Source: Nemertoderma westbladi (taxonomy: Eukaryota; Animalia; Xenacoelomorpha). Taken from it: a stretch of 64,000 nt of DNA. A program made the translations under genes and the position numbers. Within the stretch, counting starts at the first letter, position 1, and every line of letters begins with the position of its first letter. The stretch is taken from contig JAUCBJ010007749.1 in the NCBI GenBank assembly GCA_032718475.1, positions 1 to 64,000 of the forward strand, in the 5' to 3' direction. Below the pieces are notes generated by a model. It was not told the DNA's origin and searched no databases. It worked only from the letters and a program-made list of their open reading frames with translations. Below are positions 39,301 through 46,980 of this stretch, one piece after another.

Positions 39301-42300
39301 GGAGATTCCTTATGTTGTATATTATCTGTCTCTATAACTGGAGATTCCACTTGTTGTATGTTATCTGTCTCTATAACTGGAGATTCCTTATCAGTCTCTA
39401 TATCTGGAGATTCATCATGTTGTATATTATCTGTCTCTATATCTGGAGATTCCACTTGTTGACTTTTATCTGTCTCTATATCTGGAGATTCCTTATCAGT
39501 CTCTATATCTGGAGATTCCACTTGTTGTATGTTATCTGTCTCTATAACTGGAGATTCCTTATGTTGTATATTATCTGTCTCTATAACTGGAGATTCCTTA
39601 TGTTGTATATTATCTGTCTCTATAACTGGAGATTCCTCATGTTGTATATTATCAGTCTCTATATCTGGAGATTTCACTTGTTGTATGTTATCTGTCTCTA
39701 TAACTGGAGATTCCTTATGTTGTATATTATCTGTCTCTATAACTGGAGATTCCTCATGTTGTATATTATCAGTCTCTATATCTGGAGATTCCACTTGTTG
39801 TATGTTATCTGTCTCTATAACTGGAGATTCCTTATGTTGTATATTATCTGTCTCTATATCTGGAGATTCCACTTGTTGACTGTTATCCGTATCTATATCT
39901 GGAGATTCCTCATGTTGTATGTTATCTGTCTCTATAACTGGAGATTCCTTATGTTGTATATTATCAGTCTCTATAACTGGAGATTCTTTATCATTATCTT
40001 TATCTGGAGATTCATCATGTTGTATGTTATCTGTCTCTATAACTGGAGATTCCTTATGTTGTATATTATCTGTCTCTATATCTGGAGATTCCTTATCATT
40101 CTCTATATCTGGAGATTCCTTATCAGTCTCTATATCTGGAGATTCCACTTGTTGTAAGTTATCAGTCTCTATAACTGGAGATTCTTTATCATTATCTTTA
40201 TCTGGAGATTCATCATGTTGTATGTTATCTGTCTCTATATCTGGAGATTCCTCATGTTGTATGTTATCTGTCTCTATAACTGGAGATTCCTTATGTTGTA
40301 TATTATCAGTCTCTATAACTGGAGATTCTTTATCATTATCTTTATCTGGAGATTCATCATGTTGTATGTTATCTGTCTCTATAACTGGAGATTCCTTATG
40401 TTGTATATTATCTGTCTCTATATCTGGAGATTCCTTATCATTCTCTATATCTGGAGATTCCTTATCAGTCTCTATATCTGGAGATTCCACTTGTTGTAAG
40501 TTATCAGTCTCTATAACTGGAGATTCTTTATCATTATCTTTATCTGGAGATTCATCATGTTGTATGTTATCCGTATCTATATCGGGAGATTCCACTTGTT
40601 GACTGTTATCTTTCTCTATATCTGGAGATTCCTTATCAGTCTCTATATCTGGAGATTCATCATGTTGTATGTTATCCGTCTCTATATCTGGAGATTCCAC
40701 TTGTTGACTGTTATCTGTCTCTATATCTGGAGATTCCTTATCATTCTCTATATCTGGAGATTCATCATGTTGTATGTTATCCGTCTCTATATCTGGAGAT
40801 TCCACTTGTTGACTGTTATCTGTCTCTATATCTGGAGATTCCTTATCATTCTCTATATCTGGAGATTCATCATGTTGTATATTATCAGTCTCTATATCTG
40901 GAGATTCATCATGTTGTATGTTATCCGTCTCTATATCTGGAGATTCCACTTGTTGACTGTTATCTGTCTCTGTATCTGGAGATTCCTTATCAGTCTCTAT
41001 ATCTTGAGTATCTTGAGATTCATTATGTTCTATGTTACCAGTCTCTAAACCTGATGATTCGTCAGATGGTTTGTTAACATCATCATCGCCATCAACATCA
41101 TCAACAATGTCGGGCCCTTCTTTTATGGTCTGCAAACACTTTTTGAGTCGCTTTATTATGCACTCAGCGTCATTCTGAGTCAAACCGAAAGCTACAGTGC
41201 AGAGCAAATAAGGAAAGTGCTGATAGATGTTGTCATGGGAATCAAAGGTTATGAATTTGTGACATCCGATAAACTTCGCTTGTGTGTTGGACTCAACAAT
41301 TCGAATACCAAACATGTTAAAATGAGATAACATGGAATCCAAACGAGAGGCCTTGGAACCCAAAAGAGATGCTTTGCATGCAGTTAGTTTCGCGGCGGAC
41401 TGGTATGTTTTTTGAGTGGCCTTCTGTTCTGTTGGTTGGGTGCCATTGTCGTCTGTTGGTTGGCTGTCGTTGTGGTCTGTTGGTTGGTTGCCATTGTGGT
41501 CTGTTGTTCGGGTGTTGTTGTTGTCTGTTGTTGGTTGGGTTTCGTTCTGATATATCTGATTAGACAATGTCATTGCTATAGATATTCCGTTGTGGGGAGT
41601 TTCTAAAACTTTCTCACCCAACTGCGCTGCTAAAGATGTTAGCTCACCCCTAAAATAACTATAAACGTATTTATGGCTACGCAATAATCCTAGGTACCCG
41701 TCCCTTCCCATAGATAAAAGTGTTATAAATACATCTACAATGGGGGCGGCACTGGCCCTACCAGGGTATGTTCCGCATACAAGTGAGATTAACTCCTCTT
41801 TGGGAGAGGCAATTATCGCTCCTCCTATTGGAACCATTAAATTTGTATGAGTACTCTGAACCACTAAGTCTATAAGACCATTATGTGAAGCCTCATCTAC
41901 AAGTTGGCATAATTTATTGTTTAGTAGGCCGTGGTCGTTGTTTACCAGATGAAACACACTAAACCGTCGACAAATCAATCCGACCAGTTCTAATTGGTCT
42001 GCAACGCTAGGAGCGAAGCTTGACGTAGTCGAGAGAACGCAGAGGACCAGCGACCGATTTATCTCCAAGAGTTTATTCTCTATCTCCAAGATATCGCTAG
42101 TTAATTCGTCTCCAACAAAATTATTTTCAACCACAACCGGTTCCATTCCCGCTGCGGTAATGAATTTGTAACAGGATTTCTGTTCATTTCGTGGCAAAAT
42201 TACGTATTTCGCGGTCGGTTTTTTACCTTTAAGTGCCAATAAACAAAGTGTCAGCGCCATTTCCGTAGCTTCAGGGACAATTACGCAACCTGAGATGGAG

Positions 42301-42698
42301 TTTATCCCGCATAGTTTGAATGCGTCTAATACAAGGTCGTTAGCGAGTTTATTTAGGAGACTAGAACCAGACGCTTTGGGATGGGATGCAGCTATATCCT
42401 CTGATAGACTTATACCGTGTGTCAACCGGAAGTGACGTCTTTCGACGAGATCAGAGTATAAACGGCCCCCCCTCTCGCCGGCGGCGATTTTGCCAGGTAA
42501 GTTCTTGGTATCCATGGCAGACAGCTGATTTAGTAATAACTCAATGGTAACATCGTCCCAACCTTGGCTAGGGATTTTTCTGTGTTCTAGAAGGTTACGA
42601 ATTAGGTTGTATTGCGATTGGAGTCCTTCCTGACATTGCTGGATGTTTGTTTTTGGGACAAGGCTTTCTAAAAAGGGAAACCCATTGGAATCAGTCAT
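24378..42698 (-). CDS. Intronless SepSecS-like pseudoenzyme fused to a giant acidic repeat (~6,106 aa from ATG 42698)
   Basis: The N-terminal ~530 aa align along their whole length with O-phosphoseryl-tRNA(Sec) selenium transferase (GWDD.TIELLL, GERGGR, GSSLLNK, QKSC, GDEL, STTS.FAP, MVPIGGAIIA, YPGRAS, TPHN.ISIAMTL). The PLP-Lys motif reads QSTHTN rather than QSLDKN. The frame is open for 18.3 kb. The ORF-track start at 42728 is a TTG. Confidence 0.85.
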   Translation of the reverse strand: MTDSNGFPFLESLVPKTNIQQCQEGLQSQYNLIRNLLEHRKIPSQGWDDVTIELLLNQLSAMDTKNLPGKIAAGERGGRLYSDLVERRHFRLTHGISLSEDIAASHPKASGSSLLNKLANDLVLDAFKLCGINSISGCVIVPEATEMALTLCLLALKGKKPTAKYVILPRNEQKSCYKFITAAGMEPVVVENNFVGDELTSDILEIENKLLEINRSLVLCVLSTTSSFAPSVADQLELVGLICRRFSVFHLVNNDHGLLNNKLCQLVDEASHNGLIDLVVQSTHTNLMVPIGGAIIASPKEELISLVCGTYPGRASAAPIVDVFITLLSMGRDGYLGLLRSHKYVYSYFRGELTSLAAQLGEKVLETPHNGISIAMTLSNQIYQNETQPTTDNNNTRTTDHNGNQPTDHNDSQPTDDNGTQPTEQKATQKTYQSAAKLTACKASLLGSKASRLDSMLSHFNMFGIRIVESNTQAKFIGCHKFITFDSHDNIYQHFPYLLCTVAFGLTQNDAECIIKRLKKCLQTIKEGPDIVDDVDGDDDVNKPSDESSGLETGNIEHNESQDTQDIETDKESPDTETDNSQQVESPDIETDNIQHDESPDIETDNIQHDESPDIENDKESPDIETDNSQQVESPDIETDNIQHDESPDIENDKESPDIETDNSQQVESPDIETDNIQHDESPDIETDKESPDIEKDNSQQVESPDIDTDNIQHDESPDKDNDKESPVIETDNLQQVESPDIETDKESPDIENDKESPDIETDNIQHKESPVIETDNIQHDESPDKDNDKESPVIETDNIQHKESPVIETDNIQHEESPDIETDNIQHDESPDKDNDKESPVIETDNLQQVESPDIETDKESPDIENDKESPDIETDNIQHKESPVIETDNIQHDESPDKDNDKESPVIETDNIQHKESPVIETDNIQHEESPDIDTDNSQQVESPDIETDNIQHKESPVIETDNIQQVESPDIETDNIQHEESPVIETDNIQHKESPVIETDNIQQVKSPDIETDNIQHEESPVIETDNIQHKESPVIETDNIQHKESPVIETDNIQQVESPDIETDKESPDIETDKSQQVESPDIETDNIQHDESPDIETDKESPVIETDNIQQVESPVIETDNIQHKESPVIETDNIQHKESPVIETDNIQQVESPDIETDKESPDIETVNIEHEESPDIEMDIIQHEESPDIETDKESPDIETDEESPDIETDNSQQVESPDIETDNIQHEEFPVIETDNIQHVESPDIETDKESPDIETVNIEHEESPDIEMDIIQHEESPDIETDKESPDIETDEESPDIETDNSQQVESPDIETDNIQHEESPDIETDNVQHKESPDIETDNSQQVESPDIETDNIQHEEFPVIENDKESPDIETDNVQHKESPDIETDNSQQVESPDIETDNIQHEESPDIETDNIQHVESQVIETDNIQHEESPDIETDNIQHEESPDIETDNIQHEESPDIETDNIQHEESPVLETDNIQHEESPDIENDKESPDIETDNSQQVESPDIETDNSQQVKSPDIDTDNIQHDESPVLETDNIQHDESPDIETDNIQQEESPDIETDNIQQEESPVIENDMEYPVIETDNIQHKESPDIETDNIQHEESPVIETDNIQHVESPDIETDKESPDIETDNIQHDESPDIETDNIQHEESPDIENDMEYPVIETDNIQHEDSTDIETDKESPDIEKDNIQHKESPVIETDKESPDIETDKESPDIETDNSQQVESPDIETDKESPDIETDKEYPDTETDKESPDIETDKESPDIETDKESPDIETDNSQQVESPDIETDKESPDIETDKESPDTETDKESPDIETDKESPDIETDKESPDIETDNSQQVESPDIETDKESPDTETDKESPDIETDKESPDIETDKESPDIKTDRPNSQQVESPDIETDNIQHDESPDIENDKESPVIENDKESPDIETDKEYPDTEIDKESPDIETDKESPDIETDKESPDIEKDNSQQVESPDIETDKESPNIEKDNSQQVESPDIETDNIQHEESPDIENDKESPDIETDNVQHEESPDIETDNIQHDESPDKDNDKESPVIETDNSQQVESPDIETDKESPDIETDKESPDSEKDNSQQVESPDIETDKESPNIEKDNSQQVESPDIETDNIQHEESPDIENDKESPDIETDNIQHEESPDIENDKESPDIETDNSQQVESPDIDTDKESPDIETDKESPDIETDNSQQVESPDIETDNIQHDESPDKDNDKESPVIETDNLQQVESPDIETDKESPDIETDNSQQVESPDIETDNIQHDESPDKDNDKESPVIETDNLQQVESPDIDTDKESPDIETDKESPDIETDKEYPDIETDNSQQVESPDIDTDNIQHDESPDKDNDKESPVIETDNLQQVESPDIETDKESPDIEKDNSQQVESPDIDTDNIQHDESPDKDNDKESPVIETDNLQQVESPDIETDKESPDIEKDNSQQVESPDIDTDNIQHDESPDKDNDKESPVIETDNSQQVESPDIETDKESPDIETDKESPDSEKDNSQQVESPDIDTDNIQHDESPDKDNDKESPVIETDNSQQVESPDIETDKESPDIETDKESPDIETDKESPDIETDKESPDIETDNSQQVESPDIETDKESPDIETDKESPDTETDKESPDIETDKESPDIETDNSQQVESPDIENDKESPDIETDKESPVIETDKESPDIETDNIQHDESPDIENDKESPVIETDKEYPDTETDKESPDIENDKKSPDIETDKESPDIETDKESPDIETDNIQHDESPNIENDKESPVIETDKEYPDTETDKESPDIENDKKSPDIETDKESPDIETDRPNSQQVESPDIETDNIQHKEPPDIETDNIQHDESPDIETDKESPDIKTDKESPDIETDNIQHDESPEIENDKESPDIETDNIQHDESPDIETDNIQHDESPVIENDKESPVIETDKEYPDTETDKESPVIENDKESPDIETDKEYPDIETDKESPDIETDKESPVIENDKESPDIETDKESPDIETDKESPDIEKDNSQQVESPDIETDNIQHKESPVIETDNKQHEDSPVIETDNRQHEEFPDIETDNIQHKESPDIETDNIQHKESPVIETDNKQHEDSPVIETDNRQHEEFPDIETDNIQHKESPDIETDNIQHKESPVIETDNKQHEDSPVIETDNRQHEDSPGIETDNIQHKESPDIETDNREHEDSPGIETNNIQHEESQVIETDKGSPDIENDKESPVIETDNIQHEDSPVIETDNRQHEDSPGVETDNIQHEEFPDIETDNVEHEESPDIETDNIQHKESPDIETDNREHEDSPGIETNNIQHEESQVIETDKGSPNIENDKESPVIETDNIQHEEFPDIETDNIQHDESPDKDNDKETPVIETDNLQQVESLDIETDNIQHEESLDIETDNIQHKESPVIETDNRQHEDSPGVETDNIQHEEFPDIETDNVEHEESPDIETENIEHEESPDIETDNIQHVKSPVMETDKIQHKETPDIEMDKESPDIETDDSQQVESPDIEMDNIQHKESPDIETDNIQDVKSPVMETDKIQHKETPDIEMDKESPDIETDDSQQVESPDIEMDNIQHKESPDIEKDNIQHEESPDIETDNSQQVESPDIEMDNIQHKESPDIEKDNIQHEESPDIETDNSQQVESPDIEMDNIQHKESPDIEKDNIQHEESPDIETDNSQQVESPDIEMDNIQHKESPDIEMDNIQHKESPDIKTDNIQHVESPVMETDKIQHKESPDIEMEKESPDIETDNIQHVESPVIETDKIQHKESPDIEKDNIQHEESPDIETDNSQQVESPDIEMDNIQHKESPDIEMDNIQHKESPDIKTDNIQHVESPVMETDKIQHKESPEIEMDKESPDIETDNIQHVESPVMETDKIQHKESPDIEMDKESPDIETDNIQDVKSPVMETDKIQHKESPVIETDKIQHEEYPDIETDNIQHDESPDIETDNIQHGDSPGIEMDNKQHKESPDIETDKIQHVESPDIETDKIQQKESPDIETDNIQHEDSPGIETDKIQHKESPGIETDNIQHEDSPGIETDKIQQVESPDIETDKIQHVESPDIETDKIQHVESPDIETDKIQHKESPDIETDNIQHEDSPGIEMDNKQHKESPDIETDKIQHVESPDIETDKIQHNESPDIETDNIQHEDSPGIETDKIQHKESPGIETDNIQHEDSTDIEKDNSQQVESPDIETDNIHHEESPVIETDKGSQDIEKDKESPVIETDKIQHEESPDIDTDNSQQVESPDIDTDNIQHDESPVIETDNIQHEESPDIETDNIQHKESPDIETDNIQHDESPDIETDNIQHEESPDIETDNIQHEESPVIETDKIQHVESPDIETVNIEHEESPDIETDNIQHKESPVIETDYIQHDESPVIETDNILHEESPDIETDNIQHDESPDIETDNIQHDESPDIETDNIQHDESPVIETDNIQHEESPDIETDNIQHEESPGIETDNIQHDESPDIETDNIPHDESPEIENDKESPDIETDNLQHEESPDIGTDNRQHGESPVMETDKIQHKESPDIETDKIQHVESPDIDNDKESPVIETDNIQHDESPDIETDNIQHEESPDIEMDNIQHVESPDIETDNIQHVESPDMETDNIQHEESPVIENDKESPVIETDNIQHDESPDIETDNIQHEESLDIETDKESPDIEIDKKSSDIETDNIQHVESPDMETDNIQHEESPEIENDTESPVIETDNIQHDESPDIETDNIQHDESPDIETDNIQHEESPDIETDNIQHDESPDIETDKKSPDIETDKESPDIETDKESPDIETDKKSPDIETDNIQHDESPDIETDNIQHEKSPDIEMDNIQHVESPDIETDNIQHGESPNIETGKESQVIETDDLQDDESPDIETNNIQHEESPDIETDNIQHEESPNIETGKESQVIETDDIQDDESPDIETDNIQHEESPDIEMDNIQHEESPDIETDNIQHEESPNIETGKESQVIETDDIQDDESPDIETNNIQHEESPDIETANIQHEESPNIETGKESQIIETDDIQDDESPDIETDNIQHEESPDIEMDNIQHVESPVMETDKESPVIETDNIQHDESPDIETDNIQHEESPDIEMDNIQHEESPDIETDNIQHDESPDIETDNIQHEESPDIEMDNIQHVESPDKETDNIQHVESPDIETDNIQQVESPDIETDKIQHVESPDKETDNIQHVESPDIETDKIQHKESPDIETDNIQHVESPDIETDKIQHVESPDKETDNIQHVESPDIETDNIQQVESPDIETDKIQHVESPDKETDNIQHVESPDIETDKIQHKESPDIETDNIQHVESPDIETDNIQQVESPDIETDKIQHVESPDKETDNIQHVESPDIETDKIQHKESPDIETDNIQHVESPDIETDKIQHVESPDKETDNIQHVESPDIETDNIQQVESPDIETDKIQHVESPDKETDNIQHVESPDIETDKIQHKESPDIETDNIQHVESPDIETDKIQHVESPDKETDNIQHVESPDIETDKIQHKESPDIEMHKESPDIETDNSQQVESPDIEMDNRQHEESPVIETDKIQHKESPDIETDNIQHVESPVMETDKIQHKESPDIEMPKESPDIETDNSQQVESPDIEMDNIQHEESPDIETDNIQHKESPDVETVNIEREESPDIETDKESPDIETDKESPDIETDKESPVIETINMQHDESPDIETDNIQHDESPVRETDKIQHVESPDIETDKIQHKESPDIETVNIQHEESPVIETDKIQHVESSDIETDKIQHKESPDIETVNIEHEESPDIETDKESPVIETDNIQHDESPDIETDNIQHEESPVIETNKIQHVKSPDIETDNIQHVESPDKETDNIQHVESPVMETDNIQHVESPDIETDNIQHDESPDIETDKESPDIETDNSQQVESLDIETDNIQHKESPDIETDKESPDIETDKESPDIETDKESPVIETINIQHDESPDIETDNIQHDESPVRETDKIQHVESPNIETDKESHVIETDDIQDDESPDIEIDKIQHVESPDIEIDRIQHVESPDIEIDKIQHVESPDIEMDNCSSDNDPIPEETDSGWECVQVEGGVSSNNVVTSLNETDGSKSGKPRKFSIVSHVVSGLLGLFSRGK
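24575..41050 (-). repeat. Coding minisatellite of 39-bp (ESPDIETDNIQHx) and 27-bp (ESPDIETDK) units over ~16.5 kb, with higher-order duplications
   Basis: The core TCTCTATATCTGGAGATTC recurs throughout. All length variants keep the frame. Block duplications are visible, e.g. 276-bp offset (38860/39136) and 327-bp offset (32764/33091). Confidence 0.98.
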
Positions 42699-42941
42699 AG
42701 TTATGATATAATTCAATTCTTTGATCAAATTTAAACTTCATAATTAGGATTTATCATCGTAAGTATAAGTTGATCCAATTCGCCATAAAATATGCTTTCG
42801 AGGCATTTGCGATGAGACGTGGTAATTTGCATTATATTATTTTACTTTTTACATTAATCTATGAAACAGACAGCTCGATATCTGGATCTTTGGGGAACAG
42901 TATTATTACTAAATAAGAACTAAGGATTGGAACTAAGAACT

Positions 42942-43681
42942 AAGGGCCGGATTTAGAGTGGTGGGGTGGCCTGGGGCCGGGTCAGTGGTGGGGGGCCTGG
43001 GCTCAACTGTATACCTTTCAAAGAAACCTGAATGTAGATGTAAAAATTTGGAAATTTCTGGAAATTTCCTATACATTTTCCGGAAAATTCCTATTTTATT
43101 AATTATTTTATTTAGCTCATTCTGAAAACATATAGTAAAACACAAGTAGAGTAAACAAAACACTAGAGACAATGGATTTCTGCTTAGATGTGTTTAGGTG
43201 GTTCGTTGTCTTGTCTCTTGTGGTCGTAACTACGGATGAAATATACTTTTCCGGAAATTTCCGAAATTTCCTTGAAAAACATTTTTCAGGAAAACTCACA
43301 TCCCTATATATTAGACGTGGAAATTATGAATTTGAAACATGTTCCTGTTTATATCCGTATAAAAATATCTGATCCAAAAATGCCCAATTGAAATTGAAAG
43401 TGAAAAAAATTTACTTTCATAAGCTACAAAAATATTTACTGTTTTTCACACTAACTTTTTGTTTTAATTTTTCATATGGCAAAATTCAAAATTGCCATGT
43501 TCGGTTTCAGTTCGTTTCCAGTTCGGCTCCTCGGCTCCTCTATAGTTTGGTCGATCCCTATAGTTGTGGGATCGTTGTGGGGGGCCCCTGTGGTGGGGGG
43601 CCCCTGTGGTGGGGGGCCTGGGGCCTCGGCCACTTCGCCCTTCGCTCCCCCCCCCCCCCCCCCCCCCTAAATACGGCCCTG
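42942..43681. mobile_element. hAT-like MITE just upstream of the SepSecS-like gene, possibly with a nested element (~43040-43305)
   Basis: AGGGCCGGATTTAG ... CTAAATACGGCCCTG terminal inverted repeats and GGGGGCC subterminal repeats. No clean TSD was seen. Confidence 0.6.
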
Positions 43682-44475
43682 ACTAATTATAATAGAAATT
43701 ATATTAAATTATACTAATTATAAGAGAATCATGTGGCAATAAATTGATAATACACATATGTGAATATTAATAAGAGTGGAATATAACCTCTAGATCCACT
43801 TAACCATTATTAGAACTCTGGGAATTAATGTACTTAATAGAATTCACATTCGTAGTTATTAGTATTAGAAGAACACAACTACAGTATCGATACATAAGAT
43901 AAACGTGGGAGCAAATATTAGCATTTCGGAAACCACTTTTAGAGATTTGTTCACAAATTTAGTTAGTATTTTTATATAATTAAACGCAATTCCGATCAGT
44001 GTGTTTCATGGAATTAGGAATATTTTACAATTTATTAATTACATAATTTTTATTCCTTAGCGTGAAATAAATATATACTTCTTCTAATAATAATTCAGGA
44101 AAAATAATGATAGTAATAGTAATAATTATAATTTAATATTATCTTATGGATTCTTTGTTTAGAATTCTGTATCAAAATAGCCTATATCAATAATATATTA
44201 CTATAATAATATATCTTATTTATACATCACAGAAATCTGTTAATATATTATGTATATCAAGATATCAGATCGATGATACTTATTAATAATATAACAAACA
44301 AACAATAATTTGGAATAATTTGATTGCATTGGATTGCTAGACAAACAACAAACAGTTAGTGAAGCATACACATAGTTGCCGCCACTAATTGATCAATTGT
44401 ACTGAAGTCACCAGCTGTTTACGAAATTAAATGTTATTAATAAATCCGGAATGTAACCCAGAAATTATTTATTAT

Positions 44476-45017
44476 TTAACTATAGTGCTGCACCATTAAC
44501 TATAGTGCTGCACCATTAACTATAGTGCTGCACCATTAACTATAGTGCTGCACCATTAACTATAGTGCCGCGCCATTAACTATAGTGCCGCGCCATTAAC
44601 TATAGTGCTGCACCATTAACTATAGTGCTGCACCATTAACTATAGTGCTGCACCATTAACTATAGTGCTGCACCATTAACTATAGTGCTGCACCATTAAC
44701 TATAGTGCTGCACCATTAACTATAGTGCTGCACCATTAACTATAGTGCTGCACCATTAACTATAGTGCAGCACCTTTAACTATAGTGCTGCACCATTAAC
44801 TATAGTGCTGCACCATTAACTATAGTGCTGCACCATTAACTATAGTGCTGCACCATTAACTATAGTGCTGCACCATTAACTATAGTGCTGCACCATTAAC
44901 TATAGTGCTGCACCATTAACTATAGTGCTGCACCATTAACTATAGTGCTGCACCATTAACTATAGTGCTGCACCATTAACTATAGTGCTGCACCATTAAC
45001 TTTAGTGCTGCGCCATT
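44476..45017. repeat. 20-bp minisatellite (TATAGTGCTGCACCATTAAC), ~27 near-perfect copies
   Basis: Directly visible; it abuts the broken end of a LINE relic. Confidence 0.98.
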
Positions 45018-45975
45018 CGTCACAAAACTGAAACCCACCCCAGTAAGCACTACGTAACCCTAATAATAATCGATTCCTGATGCGACTTAATAGAATCTCA
45101 TTGTATGGCTTTGCAGCAATTAGATTAACGAGACTCCGCGAAAATGTCCATAGAATGTTAGGTTGCCCTTCAGGGGGAACACCATCTACTCCACTGGCAC
45201 GATTGGTCTTAATGGTCAGCAAAGGAGATGTCGGCCATGGGTATCCCCGGGAGAACAGACTCCGATACTATTCTTTCTACAAAGTTATCAGGCAATAAAT
45301 ACTGTACGATGTCATAATTGAGGAGCTTTTCAAAGAGGGTCATCCAACCATTGAGGAGATCAGCTGGTGAATCTGCCAGTTCTTTGATGGTTGGATGGCT
45401 TTCCTGCCAGTCACCCAAGGCGACCTAAATACCCAAGTATAGAGGTCGCCTTGCAGTCACCAGACCAGATTGAATAATTTCCATGCCTGGAATAATTGCA
45501 ATCTGTCTTCGGCCTCGTTGATGGCATCAACCTGTTTGTTTATTAGCTCATGTAGATTAACAGAGTACTGCCTGTTCAGGGACCTAGATGCAGCCTTAAA
45601 CTACATTCTTGGCCGCTGTAGTCCGTTTGAGTCGGGACTCTTTCTGTGCCTTAGTGAGATTCTCTCCGGACTTCCGAATTTTGTGGTATGTCCACCCTGG
45701 ACACCCTGGCCAAAAAAGGCACCCTGCCTTTTTTCTCTTTCGAGGGTTTGCAGGACCTGTTTCTGCAGCGGCTGTTGTTTCATACAAGGGCGGAAGGGCC
45801 TCATACAGTTGTCGTTGCTCAGCTCTAGTGTGAAGCTGGATCTCACACTCTGGGCTGTTGCAGTAGAGAGGACCAATCATGCCGTGGCAAGGTGATTTCT
45901 TAAACCCTGCTACTGTAGCATCCAGACTAAGTTTTACCTTAGCCAGAATAATACGATAATCACTGTGCAATCTTG
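45018..45975 (-). mobile_element. Heavily decayed RTE-like LINE fragment (endonuclease end to RT start)
   Basis: HSDYRIILAKVKL (SDH-like), NRASGVDGVPPE (KAxGxDG-like) and SLVNLIAAKPYNEILLSRIR occur across frameshifts. Confidence 0.65.
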
Positions 45976-46305
45976 TACTGCACAGTGATTACACTTGGAA
46001 AGTTTAGAAGATTAGTAAAGTTTAGGGAAAAATCATGCATCCTGACGTCAGTTACGACAGATGATGTTTTTTTTTAGAAAATTTAAAATTTCTCGGGATC
46101 GCATCATTTTCCAGAGCTTAAATTTTGGTTAATTGTAGATAATCATGAACTCTATCTTTTACGAAATTGAAAAGTTAAGACAATTAATTGGGGAACCTCT
46201 AGAGACTCAGAAGTAATGACCTACCGGCTGAACGGTACGGTACCAGTACGAAGCACCAGTAAGTACGAAATTGCAGAATTACTACTTATCCTTCTTCTAC
46301 ATCGA

Positions 46306-46388
46306 GCAGTGTTTGCCGAATGGTTAAGAAGTTGGACTAGAAATCCAGTGAGATCACTCCGCGCAGGTTCGAATCCTAGCCGTGACCG
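46306..46388 (+). pseudogene. Degenerate tRNA-Ser(AGA) or tRNA-derived element
   Basis: GCAGT..TGCCGAATGGTTAA..TGGACT-AGA-AATCCA, a long variable arm, then GCAGGTTCGAATCCT. The D-stem and acceptor stem do not pair properly. Confidence 0.7.
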
Positions 46389-46703
46389 AAATAAATAGAT
46401 CAATCATTGATGAAATTTTGGTGCGTATGCAGTCCGTCAAAAGTTTGGAATGAATCTAAAATCTCGTCAAAAATGAGACAGCCTGTCAGTCGGTACCGGT
46501 AGTTTCAGACTTGTTATAAAAACCGAAATAATTCGGTCAATCACAGATGAAATTAAACCAAACTTGGTACGTATGCAGTCTCGTGCTGCACGAAGGCCCC
46601 ACGATCGGGTACTGCACATCTCTCACAATATCGTCACCCTTCTATTTAATTAAAGTTTATTTGTTTTAAATCTTCTTACTACAATTTAAAACGTTAGTAA
46701 TGG

Positions 46704-46980
46704 CCCATGTGAAGAATACCAGACTTTCTGCTGTTATATTTCACTTTGCAGTTTACCCCATGTGAAGAATACCAAGTTTTCACTCAAACCACATGTTTCA
46801 GAAGGGCTGATTCTAACCAAAACAATAAACGAATAAGTATCTATACAGGTTATATTGTAAGACAGAAATAAGCGCTATAAAAGATTTAAAGGAGAGATTT
46901 GGAAAAATACAAATTATTAATATGTAAAATTCCAGTAGAATTTTGACCGAAAAGTTAAAACCTGGTATTCTTCACATGGG
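46704..46980. repeat. Small inverted-repeat (MITE-like) element
   Basis: CCCATGTGAAGAATACCA at ~46704 and ~46757; the inverted copy TGGTATTCTTCACATGGG ends at 46980. Confidence 0.6.

Noticed and set aside
24556-41048. Many long plus-strand ORFs (MLYVISLYIWRF..., MLSVSISGDS...)
   Set aside because: These are antisense shadows of the coding repeat. They are broken repeatedly by stops while the minus frame is continuous.
41110-42698. Calling this the functional SEPSECS gene
   Set aside because: The PLP lysine and phosphate-loop residues are replaced, so the gene symbol is withheld.
46306-46388. Possible tRNA-Sec next to the SepSecS-like gene
   Set aside because: The anticodon is AGA (Ser), not TCA, and the stems are degenerate. 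The proximity looks coincidental.
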